Assembly (NCBI GenBank): GCA_965645245.1
Contig: OZ287078.1
Span: 1,550,001-1,614,000, forward strand
Reading direction: 5' to 3'
Source: Massalongia carnosa
Taxonomy: Eukaryota
DNA: 64,000 nt
Positions 25,826-38,280 of the stretch are shown piece by piece. Every line of letters begins with the position of its first letter. The stretch's first letter is position 1. A program made the translations under genes and the position numbers. The notes under the pieces are model-generated. The model was not told where the DNA came from. It did not search any database and worked only from the letters and a program-made list of their open reading frames with translations.

Positions 25826-26006
25826 CAGCATCGCCGCGCGAGCCGTTTCCATCTTGGGCTTGGGAGTATCCACCGCGATCTGCACCAAGGCCCGAAAGGG
25901 GGCGCTAGGTAGAGGCGCCGGCGAGAGTGACGGCGCCAGCGAGGTGCAGATCGCTGTGTTTCCGCCAACCTTAGAAATAGAAGCAATACGAGGTCACATG
26001 AACTAG

Positions 26007-28254
26007 CAACATTATGCCGTCAACTGTTCATTTAATAGGTTATGAGCCCGGCTTACCTCTGCTAGGTCTAAAAAGCCTCCACATTAATTGTCAACCAACT
26101 TACCTCCATCCCTCCATCTACTCCATTTTATACTATATATATTCCCTACCTCCGTCCGCGCCAAAGTCAAAGCATCATTCCATTCCACAGGGTCACTGCC
26201 CTATTTCTCATTTCGTCTTCCTTGTAGCATCATGGCTAAAGGAGAGAGCTTATACACGTTCCCCAAACTGATGAGAAGCGGGAACTATAAGAAATGGTCC
26301 AGAGACATGGCCTTGCCCTGCAGGAAGCGGAACTTTGGAGTTATGTTACTGAGGCCCGGAAAATGCCTCGAGAGATTCCATTTCCATCAAAGAGTTCTGA
26401 TGATGACGAAGTCTCTCTGAAAGAAACACTGGATCAGCTCGATAAGCGGGATCAACGGGACCTTGAACGACCGGAGTTCGAGGAAAAGCAAAGAAGAGTA
26501 GTAGAAAAGATAGGCAAGATGTGCACAGACGACGTGCAGCAAGAATTCTTGTCGATGAGGGACCTAGCCACCGGTGAGATCTTGAATCCCAAGGACCTTT
26601 GAAAGCATTTGAAGACCCGTTATACCTTGAAGAATTGGAGTGCTAAATGAAGCACCTTCAACCGGCTAGAGAAGATCAATTATGAAAAGTGCAAGACCAT
26701 TGAGGAGTACGATAGCCTGGTCAGAAATATCAAGACTAAGATCACCGACATTTCGCTCTCTGTCGAGCAAATAGTGGTGCTCAAGCTTCTCAACGGACTC
26801 GGTAGTTCATTCAGCACCTACCTGACCATCCTGAACGAACAGGCTCGGCGGGAGGATAAATTCCCTACGCTAGATGGACTACTAAAGAACCTAGAGGACG
26901 AAGAAGCTCGCATGCGCCAGGACCCTATTGCCATAGCTAACATGCTGAAGGCAAAGAAGAATAAGAACCCCACCGAAGAGGGTAAGAGCAAATTTAAATA
27001 TTGTGATTATAACCATTCCAGGAAATGCAGGCATAGCAACGCCACATGTAGAAAATGTGATAAGACCGGCCACCTGAAACGCGTTTGCGAAGACAAAGAA
27101 GGTAATGAAACCTCGAAACCCCAAATAGTTTGTACAATAAGGGAATGTTCCGGGAAAAGAACCCAGGAAACACCGCTTATTTGTATGGCAAATCTATACC
27201 GAGGCCCCAAGAATGCCCACGATCTATTGATCGACTCCGGTGCCACCGCGCACATTATATACAATAAAGATCTCTTTCAAGAAGGGACCTTTCGGAACGA
27301 AAACAGCTGTTTAGAAACTGGTTCCGGAGAGATGTTATCGACAGAGGGAAAAGGCTCTCTGCTCGTATCACTGAACAATGGAAATAGAGTTGTAACGGAC
27401 CTCATTTTGACCAACGTCCTTTTCGCCCCCGACCTAAAATTCAACCTCATTAGCACAATACAATTCGGCAAAAAGGGCATATCAACGTACCTGATGGCGG
27501 ATGACAAGCCCGCTCAACTGGTGCATAAAGGAAAGGTGGTTGGACTGGCCAAAACAATCAATAATCAATATGTTTTGCAGACAACCACTATCAGTCCTAC
27601 CGAAGCACGGGCCCTCACCACCACAAACGGTGTAAAGGCCCCTATCCAAACATGGCACGAACGACTCGGCCATCTCAGCTACCCAAACCTCCTAAAATTA
27701 AATCATTTAGCCAATCGAGTCACCACCGAAGGACCCATACCAGAAGAAGTATGCGGCTCATGCATGATGGGAAGACAACAGCGGAAAATAAATCGCACTC
27801 CACGAACCCGAGCAACAGACTTTCTTGGAATAGTGCATAGCGATCTAGGGGGACCATTTCCACTGACAATGTTCGGTGAGCGTTTTTATGCTACGATGAA
27901 AGACGACTTCTCCGGGGTAGTGTGGATTTATCTGCTGAAAAAAAAGGGTCAAACCTTCGAATGTTTCAAGCAGTTCAAGAAATGGATAGAAAATCAATAG
28001 GGAAAATAGAGTCAGAGGAAGCTAGATTCGTTCCGCAAGGGGAGCGAATCGAACACAGCTGGATGAATCACTTCGCAAGGGGAGTGATAAAAATTGAATA
28101 GCTTCAATTTTGGAGGCGAAAGGGGAGCCACGCTCGAAGGGGAGTGTTGGAATACTCGCTTGGCCCCATTAGTTCTAGCTTAGCCCTGTAGGCCGCTATA
28201 AGCAGTCACCTCCGTAGTAATTTCAATATTATGCCGTCAACTGTTCATTTAACA
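26007..28254 (+). mobile_element. Ty1/copia LTR retrotransposon, internally deleted (no RT/RNaseH), 5' LTR truncated
   Basis: 5' LTR remnant 26007-26037 matches the end of the 3' LTR (28145-28254, TGTTG..TAACA); PBS GGTTATGAGCCC 26038-26049; decayed gag (NYKKWSRDM, CRKCDKTGHLKRVC), protease IDSGATAH, GAG-pre-integrase WHERLGH..CGSC, rve start VHSDLGGP..DDFS, truncated at 28000; PPT AAGGGGAG. Confidence 0.92.
28145..28254 (+). repeat. 3' LTR of the copia element (110 bp)
   Basis: TG...CA termini, preceded by the PPT; the last 31 nt are repeated at 26007-26037 with two C/T differences. Confidence 0.85.
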
Positions 28255-28814
28255 CATATATTTGGTCTGCAAGGTATAGCCAGCGAGTTGTATCTACGCT
28301 ACTACTCGCAAGAAGAATAATCCTAAAGTGGGTTTTTTGGATGACGCTTAAGTTCGGGCTAGTGATAACGATAGTGAGAAGAAGAGTGTCAAACGATTGT
28401 TCATTTGCCTCTTCTTCTGTTTAGTTCGTTGATCTGTCATTTTCTCGATCAACTCGAACTGCCAGCGCTTGCTTTCTTTTACCGGTCATTTCAACTCGAT
28501 CATTCTTCACTCGTTCCCGGCATTAAATTTCGCTCCGCTTGAATTATACTGAGTGAAATGATCCGTTGGTGGAATAGTCAATGGCGTTAATTCGACTATT
28601 GGCTTAAAGAAATAAGTTGGCTACCAGAAATACCGAGGGATAGGCAAATTTCTGGATAATTCAATCTGAGCTAGAAGCCATCATTTGTGAGAAAGGGACC
28701 AGAGGATTCGGTTGGCAAGGGGGCAGTTACCTATCGCCTCTCTATATAGGCTTCTTAGAGAAAGACGCCCGCCCTCAAACTATTTTGGTACACCCTACTA
28801 GAACGGATAGTCGG

Positions 28815-31729
28815 CTACCTGAGAAAGATCCGCTCCTGTTTGGGATTTGCTTGCTAGAAAGCGTCGACGTGGCATATTCTAGTCCCAAGCGGATCGCGCC
28901 ACCTCCTACCCTAGCTATCATGATATTGTACACACACCGCGGCCTCGCCTCGAACCTACGTACGTCGAACGCTTCATAGGAGTCTATGGGTTTTTGGTAT
29001 TTAGGCAGCGTCCAGGGCTTGACAGGATCGCGTTTCGATCGTCGCTCGATGGCGGATGTTTGTCTCCCCGGAGAATGATGTAGCGAGTTTTCAGCGAGAT
29101 TTCAACGATACTATGAGTTCGTGAAAAAGGCGCAATGAGCTCCACGGAAAGCCCTTTGGTTGAAAACAGGTTGACCAATCCGCTTGGATTGGGTTTGCTG
29201 AACATCGAGCGGTAAACCCAGTGCTGAGTCCGAACATAGTCTACATGGAATTGTTCGCTTTCGAGGAGAGGTAGGGAGCAACACCAGATTTATTTTACAT
29301 AAGGGACCGATTTGAAAGCAGTAGTAGATCTTAAATGACTGCGAAAAAAACAGCCTCGTAATCATTGCTTTAAATTATGAACAAACCGTCTAGAGCCATG
29401 ATCTGCCTGGCAATGGAATTCTTTTCATTCTCGGTTTAAAGAAGGAAGAGTGTTGTAGAATCTTTAGTCATAACGCTATGAAAATTGGAATGTTAGTTAA
29501 AAGCTCCCAGTTTAGTTTTGGTCCATTATGTCTTGTTCTTACAGTCCAATCCTCGATACTGAGCGCTTGTAAAGGTGGCTTTGTGAAGGGTGTCATACCA
29601 TACAACCCGACTGAAAATCGGATATTGCCAGCTTTGGGCCCCTGTAGGCGACAATGCCCAGGTCACAGGACGAGCCTAACTAGCCCAAGAACATGTTAGC
29701 AACTTATTGTCCCTCCAACGGAGGCCTCCACTATCTGGGTTATTGAGATATGTCCACAGCAGCGCAGTTTCGAGTTCAGTACTTGGCAGGCCCTTCATAA
29801 ATATCCACGAAAGCGGGGCCGAAGAGTTTTGAGAACTCCTCCAAAGGCATCGAGCACATCGCAGCCATTCCATAATTTACGATTCGTGTAATGCTTGACC
29901 GCGAGCGCGTAAATTTGGAAGTTCAAGCCCGTATCATGACTATTGTTGAAACTGAAACCAAAAAGCTGGCAGAAAGGTTTCCACAGCCTGTGGGTTTAGT
30001 TGCTTGGCTTATCGTCAATAAAATCCTCCTTCCAGAGCCTGTATTCTCATTCGAGCCACATCATGTGAGTGTCGAACACCAAAATTCTTCTTGCAAGAAG
30101 CGTTTCTTGAAAGGTCCAAGCTCGAGTATTGTGTGTGGTCCAGTGTATTCTGGGGGCCGGCGAAAACTAGCAAACTGCATCCTCTGCGCGTCTTCTACAC
30201 ACAGTTCCATTTTCGGGACTGTAGCCTAACACTAGGAAGACCTGAGTTTACATGATCGCCATGTGCCGCCATAATTACAATGAATGCGAAACATGATACT
30301 GCGTCCGTATTTGATATCTGGTCATGTTTTGACTCATCATCTTGTGTAATACATATCTGTCAACCCCAAGATACCTCTCTCCGATGATAGAAAGAAGCAT
30401 CATGGCATCTTAGATGGTTTGTGAGATGCGTGGATCGTCTAGGCCGAGCGAATTTTCCCGACTTAGCTGCATTCGAGGGTCTGTTTTTCTCCAGAAGCTT
30501 TGAATGCTTCCCCAAGTGTAGCTTAAAGCAGATTGTCTATAGCGCTGAGTCATTTCGACTATATAGAATTTCCTCACATCAACCAAATGAAACCCCGAAG
30601 GGGGATCCTCGAGCGCGGCCAGTTCTTACCCGGTGCACCTCTGCATCCATGCTTTCACAATTTCGAAATTTACTTGTGGAGCTGTAATACGTCAATGGGA
30701 AGGACGGTTCATTTCTTCAAGTCTTTGTATAGGGACAGGCAAGACCAATTCTTGACAATCCTTGATCATCGCTCCAGGATGGACTGATATATCAACGATG
30801 AATGCATCGATTTTCCTCGAAGGACCGTTGCGTCTGTTCGTGAGAAAACATCAGTGATTTGGATCAGTTGAATTGTGAATTTTCGATATCACTATCACTC
30901 AACTCTTTCATGACCTGATCAGGTTGAGTATCATTCATATCAATAGCTTGATTCATACAAATAGAACGTACTAACAAGTGACAAAACGTATACTTCTGAT
31001 TGGCTAAGAGGTCTTTCATAGAGTCTGGGGTACTATCCTCGAAAATTAACATTTCTTTGCCTCTTAAGATGTTAGATCCTAGGAGGTAAGCTTGAAGCCT
31101 TAGAGAGTACCGAATCATGCGCCACGAAGAAAACGGATTAAAAAAAAGAAGTTCTGGGAGTGAATTGAAGATTACATAGATTTTGAACCCATTTATGCGC
31201 TCAAGCAACCGTTTCATCGATAAAATCTGAAACTGAACAAAATTTGTTCGCATGTAGTAAAAACAAGTCCGTACCTAGTATAGTGCATGAGAAAAGAATT
31301 GTAGGCAGTAGATAAAATGAAAGTTGCTCATTCAGGTTCGATAGCGGAAACTTGCAACGATCAACAGAAGGTATGCGTTCCGAACACAACATGCTCCGTA
31401 AAACTTCCCCCTCTGCCATTTTCTCTCGGAGCATATCCCTGATCATTAGAAGTAATCAACAAACCAGCACCCGTTTGCGCTTGTACGCTCACATCCTGGG
31501 CGTCGACAGAGTAGCGACAGCGCTCGACGCCCTCATTAAGCCTAACGATGTAGGAAATCCCACGAAACAGTTGCCATAACACTCATTATGACTGGCGCCT
31601 AACTTACCACTGAAACCCTTCAGCCCAATCAACAGACGCAGGCATCCTCGTAAATAGAACAGTGTAGAATCGATTCAGCTCCTATCTAGAGTTGGTGCAG
31701 CGACAAAGAAAATGAGCAGTAGGTGTCAT
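28815..31729 (-). pseudogene. HET-domain (heterokaryon-incompatibility, TOL/HET-6-like) pseudogene
   Basis: Across frameshifts and stops: QVNFEIVKAWMQRC, FHLVDV..ALSYTWG, TI*DAM..GERYLGVDR-CITQDD, NSGLPSV, NTRAWTFQETLLARRILVF, GLP..ALLW, CSWAS*, C-terminal NPKQERIFLR*. The 5' boundary is approximate. Confidence 0.8.
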
Positions 31730-32106
31730 GCGCAGTTGAGCAAAATGTGTTGTGTGTGAAATTATTTGTGAGTTTGTGATTTGCTTTTATAACTGGTAAA
31801 GTTCTCTGAGTCTCTCGCCGTCTTTTGATGCTATTGCGAATACACTGTTGTGACTGTTCATAATGATTTGATTTCACTCTGTGAATTGGCTTTTTAGCTC
31901 TATTGTCAGCTGACCCTATCAATTCATAGTTACTCTAATTCGCTAGGTAACTAACCAAGTAGATCACCCAACATATGCTGCGAAAAAGATGCCGAGCACT
32001 TCCGTAGATGAATGATAAACTTCTGACTTCACGATCATACTTTGTACGATTCTCTTGACTATGAAATACTCGCGTTTAGAATCCATGCCCGAGAAATCCC
32101 CCAGTT

Positions 32107-33187
32107 CTAATCCTTATTCCAATACACCCGATACTCAATGATTGGAGGAAAAGGACTGACAGCCAATCCCTGGGTCGCGCGCTGATCAGCATATGGCTTG
32201 AAAACCGTCTGCAACAGCTGCACATTGCTGGGGTCGTGCCAGTCGACTTCCCTGCCATTTTCAAAACGCCTTTTGCAACACCCGCGAAATCGTTAGATAA
32301 AGATGGGTATTTTACGCGGCTCCGAAGAAGACTCAATAGCAACACCGGGGGGGGAACAATATTCAGGCATGAAGGCTTTGCCGGCAATGGGATCATGGAA
32401 GCGGATAGACTCACTTGATGTACTTGAGATAATTTTCCAGGTAATTCCCTATGTACACGGCCGGTGAAGCCACCTCGAAAAGATCGCGGGTAGTCGACCA
32501 CTCGTTACTTGGGCCGTAGAGGAAGGTCGTTGCGCTCATCCGGTTCATGGCTTCTGGGTGGTGGAGCACGGTGAAGCCTTTCGAGGCGATAAGCGCTTCG
32601 TCGAGGGAGTTCATCACCGGGTCTTGGAAATAGACGTTTTTAATATGATGCTTGCGTTCTGTTGAGGGGGTTCGTAGGAATGGGGGGCTTTTGGGTCAGC
32701 CTTTGGATCCTTGAGGGGGTGGGATGGAGAACGGTATGATTGAAGGAGCATCGTCTTGCTTTGTGGGCTTACGTATTATCTCAAGCATAGTCTCGAACGC
32801 AGCGAGCTGATACAAGCTTGGTTCCGGATCAGGCGAACAATAGGTATGCGCGGTAGTGAAGGTTCCTAATCCCATGCAAATGCACGTGTCGAGGCGCAAA
32901 TTTTCGAGCTTCAGGAGCGTGTGTTCGAAGAACTCAACCAAGTCCGTGAACACCTTCGACTCCCTGAACTTGACAACGATATCTTCGTACTTCTCCGTTA
33001 TAGCTGCTAGGGTGAGGCCTTCCGGGACGGTCGTTTTCTGGTGATGTTCTTGGTAGGCTCGATATTTGATGCCATCTTTGAAGACGTGTGTCCACCCCTT
33101 GGCATCTATGGTCAGATGTACTATGGGACAAGGCGGAGATTGCGACTGAGACTGGGCCTGAGGCTGCCGGACAAGTTGTTGAGCCAT
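32107..33187 (-). CDS. SRR1-domain protein, 3 exons (33187-32773, 32658-32415, 32251-32107)
   Basis: CICMGLGTF, SLYQLAAF, VYFQDPVMN, TTFLYGP, terminal RVYW; canonical GT-AG introns restore the frame. Confidence 0.8.
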
Positions 33188-33892
33188 CTCTTGACTGTGA
33201 CGTAGCGAGGCTGCAGGGCAACGAAGACGGGAGTTTATGTGGGGGGGGTTCAGATGGGGGCTGGTAACAGAAGGTTGATGGAATCGGAGCGAGGGGCTTT
33301 CTTATCAAGACTTTATTCTGATAACTTGATCATACGTGAACCCACTGATCCTTCCTTCCAGGTTTACGGCAACCTACATGTAGTACAGCGAAGTCTGATG
33401 ATCGATCGTTCAAGGCGTTCGTGTGAACACAAAACCAGGTTTCCGCCTACTTACCCTATGAGCGTAAGCATGGACTTAGGTACATAGACTCGGCATCGAG
33501 GAAGCCTGACCAACGAAGAGAATCCAGGGTTCATGTCGACGGCATCCGAGGCTTGGCAGTCATCGGTTATGATCAGTAAGGGAGGAAAGCCACTTCCTCG
33601 GTCACGAACGAATTCATCGAACTTTGCCATGATACACAGGTACACCGAAAGGATAGCCAGTCCGAGAGTCAAAAATAAAAAAAGGATCGAAGTAAAGAAT
33701 ACAACATCTTCCGCTTCGTCTCCTCCTTTCCCAAAGTTGCCTTTTCTTGACGAAATAGAAGGCCAGACAAACTCCTTGATGCTATGCACGCACCAGCTAG
33801 ATCAAACCCTTTCCATCCATGCAACCTTTCCCGTGTACCTGCCCGTCCACTGGTTCCCTACGTTGATGAAGTAAAAGCAGTGCCAGCGCCGG

Positions 33893-36800
33893 CTAACCAG
33901 CGGCATCCGGATCCCCCGCCGCCGTAACGCTGGCATCGACCATGGGCTCATCCTCACCATCGACGAAAACGTTGCGTTTAGACCTAGGTTCCTCGTCTGC
34001 GGCCTCGTCCTCATCGACTGCGCCGTCCGGCTCATCGGCATCCTCATCGTCGTCGTCGTCGTCGTCATCGTCGGCGATGCGGTGGGATACCTTCTTACGA
34101 GATTGCTGCGTCACTGCCTCCTCCTCTTCATCATCATCCTCGGGAAGAGCATCCATATCCAGGTCGCCGTTCGTCGTTTCATTAGTAGGCGGGGCAGCGG
34201 CGTCTCCATTCGTAGTTGCCGCGACGGTACCAGCAACATCTTCGCCTTCGCTGGAGCTGTCAACCACCAGCTCACTGCTCTTGAAAGCGTCTTTTCCAGC
34301 CTGGCTTTTCCTTGCCAACCTCTTTCTCCTTTTTGGTGCTCTTGCTGTGTCATCGGCGGCTCCGCTGTCCTCGCCATCGTCCTCCGTGCTCTTCCCCTGC
34401 CTCCGGCTCCGGTCTCCACCTTCTCCATCGGTATCCGTCTCATCGCCTTTCTTCTTCCTCTTTCCTCCCCTCTTCACCTTCTTTCTCCGTACACGCTCCC
34501 CAGTCTCCTCGTCATCTGTATACAGTGCTTCTTCCTTCTTTCGCTCTTCCTCTGCCCTACGCTCTGCCAGCTCCCGACTCACCTCCAGCATCTTATATCG
34601 CTCCTCTGCAATCTTCCGTTTCTGCTCCTCAGCTATTTGGGCCGCAATTAGCCTCTCCTCCTCCCTCCGTCTTAACTCCGCCTCCCGTGCTTCCCTTGCT
34701 TCCTGCAATTTGGCAGCATTCTTCTCTTCGTACTCGCGCTGACTTTGTACTGCACGCTCCAGTTGCCGACGCATCGTGTTCCTTCCCATGTTTGCGCGTT
34801 GTTCGATGTCATTTTTAGGATACGGAGGGTTTTTGGATTGCGCAATGGCAGTAAAGGATTCAATGGCTGCGTCGAGGCCCTCGGCTGCCGCTTGAACTTC
34901 CGCCAAAGTGCGTTGGTGCTCCGGGAGACCGTAGATGAGCTGAGCAAGCTGTATTTGCACAAAGGCGATATTGAATTTGAAATGAATTTGTGCTGGAGCA
35001 ATGGCAAGGGCACGCGAGGAGTAGTCGAGGGAGTTTTTCATTGCGGGCGCGGATTTATCTTGTTTTCCTTTTAAAAGCCATACGCGACCAATGCAGGCAA
35101 GGATTTGGGGGTCCCCGGCCCGATCTTTGGAGAGGGCTACTTCATACTAGGTGGATGGATCCTATCGTTAGTGGAAGGTTTAGCTCGATTCGCTGAGATG
35201 GGGTACTCACGCTCTCAATAGATCTTGAAAACTGCTTCAGCTCTGCAAAGACATGGCCAAGGTTAACGAACACGTTGGCCTCACGGACTGTATCACGAAT
35301 TTTTGAGAATATCTGAACGGCGGCGGTGAGATCTTTCTTGTCCTCTACCAAAGCAATGGCTATTCCTTGAGCGGCGTAGGCATTCTTGGGGTCCAGCTGT
35401 AAAGCCTTATCGTAGAACTCTACAGCTTTTTCATACGTTTTCCGCCGCTTGTCCTTGTCCTGGTCGGTATCCCTCCGCATTTCTCGTGCGGTTGTTAGGT
35501 ATAAGTTGCCCATGCCGGTCAAAGAATAACGGTCATGCTTATCGTGATGTTGCAGAGTATGCTTGTAGTGGCGTTGCTCTTGATCTTCAGCAATGTTTGT
35601 GGTTCGCTTCTTTGATCGACTAAGATACCATCCGAATAGGGCGCGGACTTCAAGATCGGTTGAGTCCGTCTCGTAGAGTTCTGCCATCGCTTTCGGACCC
35701 TCACCTGTTGGGCTCTGGCGAAGCCCAATATATGCTAGACGAGTGCGTGCGTCTGTGTAGTCACCGTGTCGAGCCAACAATCCCTCGTAGACCTGTTTAG
35801 CCTCGTCCAAAAGCCCTGCCGCTTCATAATTGCGCGCCAGGTTATAGCTGATGGTGGTGACCAAAGCGTCTGTGTCAATGGTTTCATCTTTTTCACCTGC
35901 TCTCACGCAAGCATTCAAAGCTGTTTGATAGAAGTCTCTGGCCAGATCGTATTTCTCAGCTTGGTATTGAAAGCAGCCAATATTGTTAAGCAGTTGTGGC
36001 GATAGCTGTTCCCTTAACTTCGCATGATATAATTCCAGGCCATCGGGATCATCCGGTGGATCTTTGTCTGGTAAATCATTGATGCTCATCTGCTCAACTT
36101 GGTGTAAACACTGCAAACTCTTTTCCGGCTGGTCCAGCTCATAAAGCCGAGCAAGATAGACAAGAACGGACGAGTCTGGTGTTAACTTTTTTTGCGAATC
36201 TTTCCAGGCTAGGCGTACAGATTCCAGCAAAGCTATTGCTTTTTTGATTTCCGCCGACTTGTCCTCTTTAGGCCCCGTGGCTTGGTTCGCGAACACATCT
36301 TCTGCATGCAATGCTCCAAGCAACATCATGGCCTCAATGCTTTTCGACTGCTGAATGATTTTTTCAAGCCGAAACTTCGCTCCGTCCATATCTCGAAGCA
36401 TAACCTGAATTTGCGCGATGCCAAACCGAGCCGGTAGAAAACCTTTGTCACCACCTCCTCTAGCTAACTCGGCCTTCCCATAGAACTCGCTGACTTTGGA
36501 TAAATCGGGGTTATCTTGGTAGTGTTCTTTCCGAGCAAGCAGATACCATCCGTCACTCGCAACAGCATTGACATCCGTCAACTCGATCGCTTTGCGGGCA
36601 AGGCTTTCAACAGTCGACCACGCCTTTCGGAGTAGAAAGTAGCTGCCGAATGTTGCGCACGTAAGGGGAAGCTCCTTATCAAGCTTGAAGGCTCGTTGTG
36701 TGTATTGAGTCATGGCTTTCTTATAAATTGGACCAAAGGCAGGGTCGGTAGTCGCATAATGAGAACTCTCGTTTATGTAGTAGAGACCTAACAGTATGTT

Positions 36801-37730
36801 CGCGATCTTGGAGTCAGGGTTCTTCGCCAAGTTAGTTGCGCGTCAGGACGAACAATACTGGTGGCTTACGATATCCAGTGATCTCTCCCAAGACTCCTTC
36901 GCCTCGTCCCTGAAACCCAGCTGCCACAAACAACAACCTAAACCAATCCGAGGGTCCGGATCAATGAGATGGGGCATCTTCATCAGCACCTCCTGGTAAC
37001 CTTCTAAAGCATCCGCATATTTGCCCAGCGAAAAGTAGGCCCTGGAACGTCCCAGCACCGCCATCATGTTTCGCCCGCCTGATACCCGCAACGCATCTTC
37101 GAAGCACTTGAGGGACTGGCGCAAGGTTTCGACTCGCTCCGAGTGATCGACCGCTCCTGGCGCAAGGGGCTTCGACGGAGGGTGAAGGGAAGCGCGTAGC
37201 AGGTATAAAACCCCGCGAGCTAGGAAGAGTGGCGGATAAGCTGGATTGATTCGAGAAGCTTCATTCAAAGAACCAGTCGCAGCTGACAGATATGAGTCCT
37301 TGATCCTTATCTCCGAGGCTATTTGCCCTTCAGGTATAACCCTAGGAGCCTCCCGACTCTTCCATAGAAACAACCAGCAAAGCAAACTGAGCAGGCCGAG
37401 TTTCTCCTTGGGCGATCCTCTTGACAGGGAGCCTAAGCCCTTGTTGAGAATCTCAATCGCATGGTCGGCTTTCCGTTGCTTCGCGTAAGCCTGCGCGATG
37501 ACTAGCCAAAAGTTTTTGGCGGCGCCCTCATTCTCCAGTAGCGTGCAAAGCTCTGTGGGATCATCTAAAAGCTCTTCCAGGTTCACTTCGACGGCTTCTT
37601 CAGCCTCGACTCCAGTGACAGGGATATCGATTGCAGAGGGTATGTCAGAGAAGCGCGTCTCAAATGCTGTGGGATCGGTCGGTAAACCCCGATCTTGCGC
37701 GTTGGAAAATCCGTTGGTGTAAGGTGCCAT
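33893..37730 (-). CDS. CTR9: Paf1 complex TPR subunit Ctr9; exons 37730-36870, 36821-35211, 35146-33893
   Basis: IDIP..EVNLEELLDDPTELCTLLENE N-terminus, TPR repeats, DPRIGLGCC, KALQLDPKNAYAAQGIAI, acidic/basic C-tail. Confidence 0.93.
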
Positions 37731-38280
37731 AGTTGGAAGAGGAGTTGCGGGTGATTAACGAGGGAGGACCTCAAGCATCGATCAGAAGGCGGGAGACATT
37801 GTCACTTATATAAACAGAGAGTGGGACAGTCATGCTCTTTGGATCAGTGGGAAGAAAATTAGAGGATAGTAATGAGTTTCGTAGTAGAAGACGTGAACGA
37901 CGTGGTACATCAAGCTTAGAATTTGTGAGTTCGTTCAGCAAACACTTTCAGATGCCGAATAACTATTAAGAAAGGCCAAAGTGGCTAGTGCCGAGCTCTT
38001 CATGCGCTAAACGCGCTAGTTTGAAGATTGCCTACTCGTTAGCGTTCCCGCATCATTACGTAAGGTACGGAGTCACCCACTTAACGTGATAAGATTTCTT
38101 TCACCCCATAAGTCCCTTGTGGACAAAAAACCAACGAGAGCAAGTGCATTATGCAAGCTGAATTATTGGATTCATAAAACATACACCAAGATATCCAAAA
38201 GATGCTGTTACCAGAGTCATGCGTCAACATCATTTGAAATCCTACACCTCTATAGAGCAGCGCGCGAAACTAAATCCATT

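Larger units (their letters stand above)
23083..26010 (+). mobile_element. Tyrosine-recombinase retrotransposon (DIRS order, probably Ngaro-like), 5'-truncated
   Basis: Gag-end zinc finger CRYQHVCSN*GRQHPALSC, then RT/RNaseH, then an overlapping YR ORF; no LTRs or integrase. Confidence 0.88.

Noticed and set aside
25930..25970. Minus strand contains CCTCGCTGGCGCC, identical to part of the HDV ribozyme core
   Set aside because: The required P3 partner, a good P1 and the GG of P1.1 are missing; the match is explained by the GC-rich hairpin.
33942..34818. Long plus-strand ORFs (266, 189, 168 aa)
   Set aside because: Antisense shadows of the low-complexity CTR9 C-terminus.
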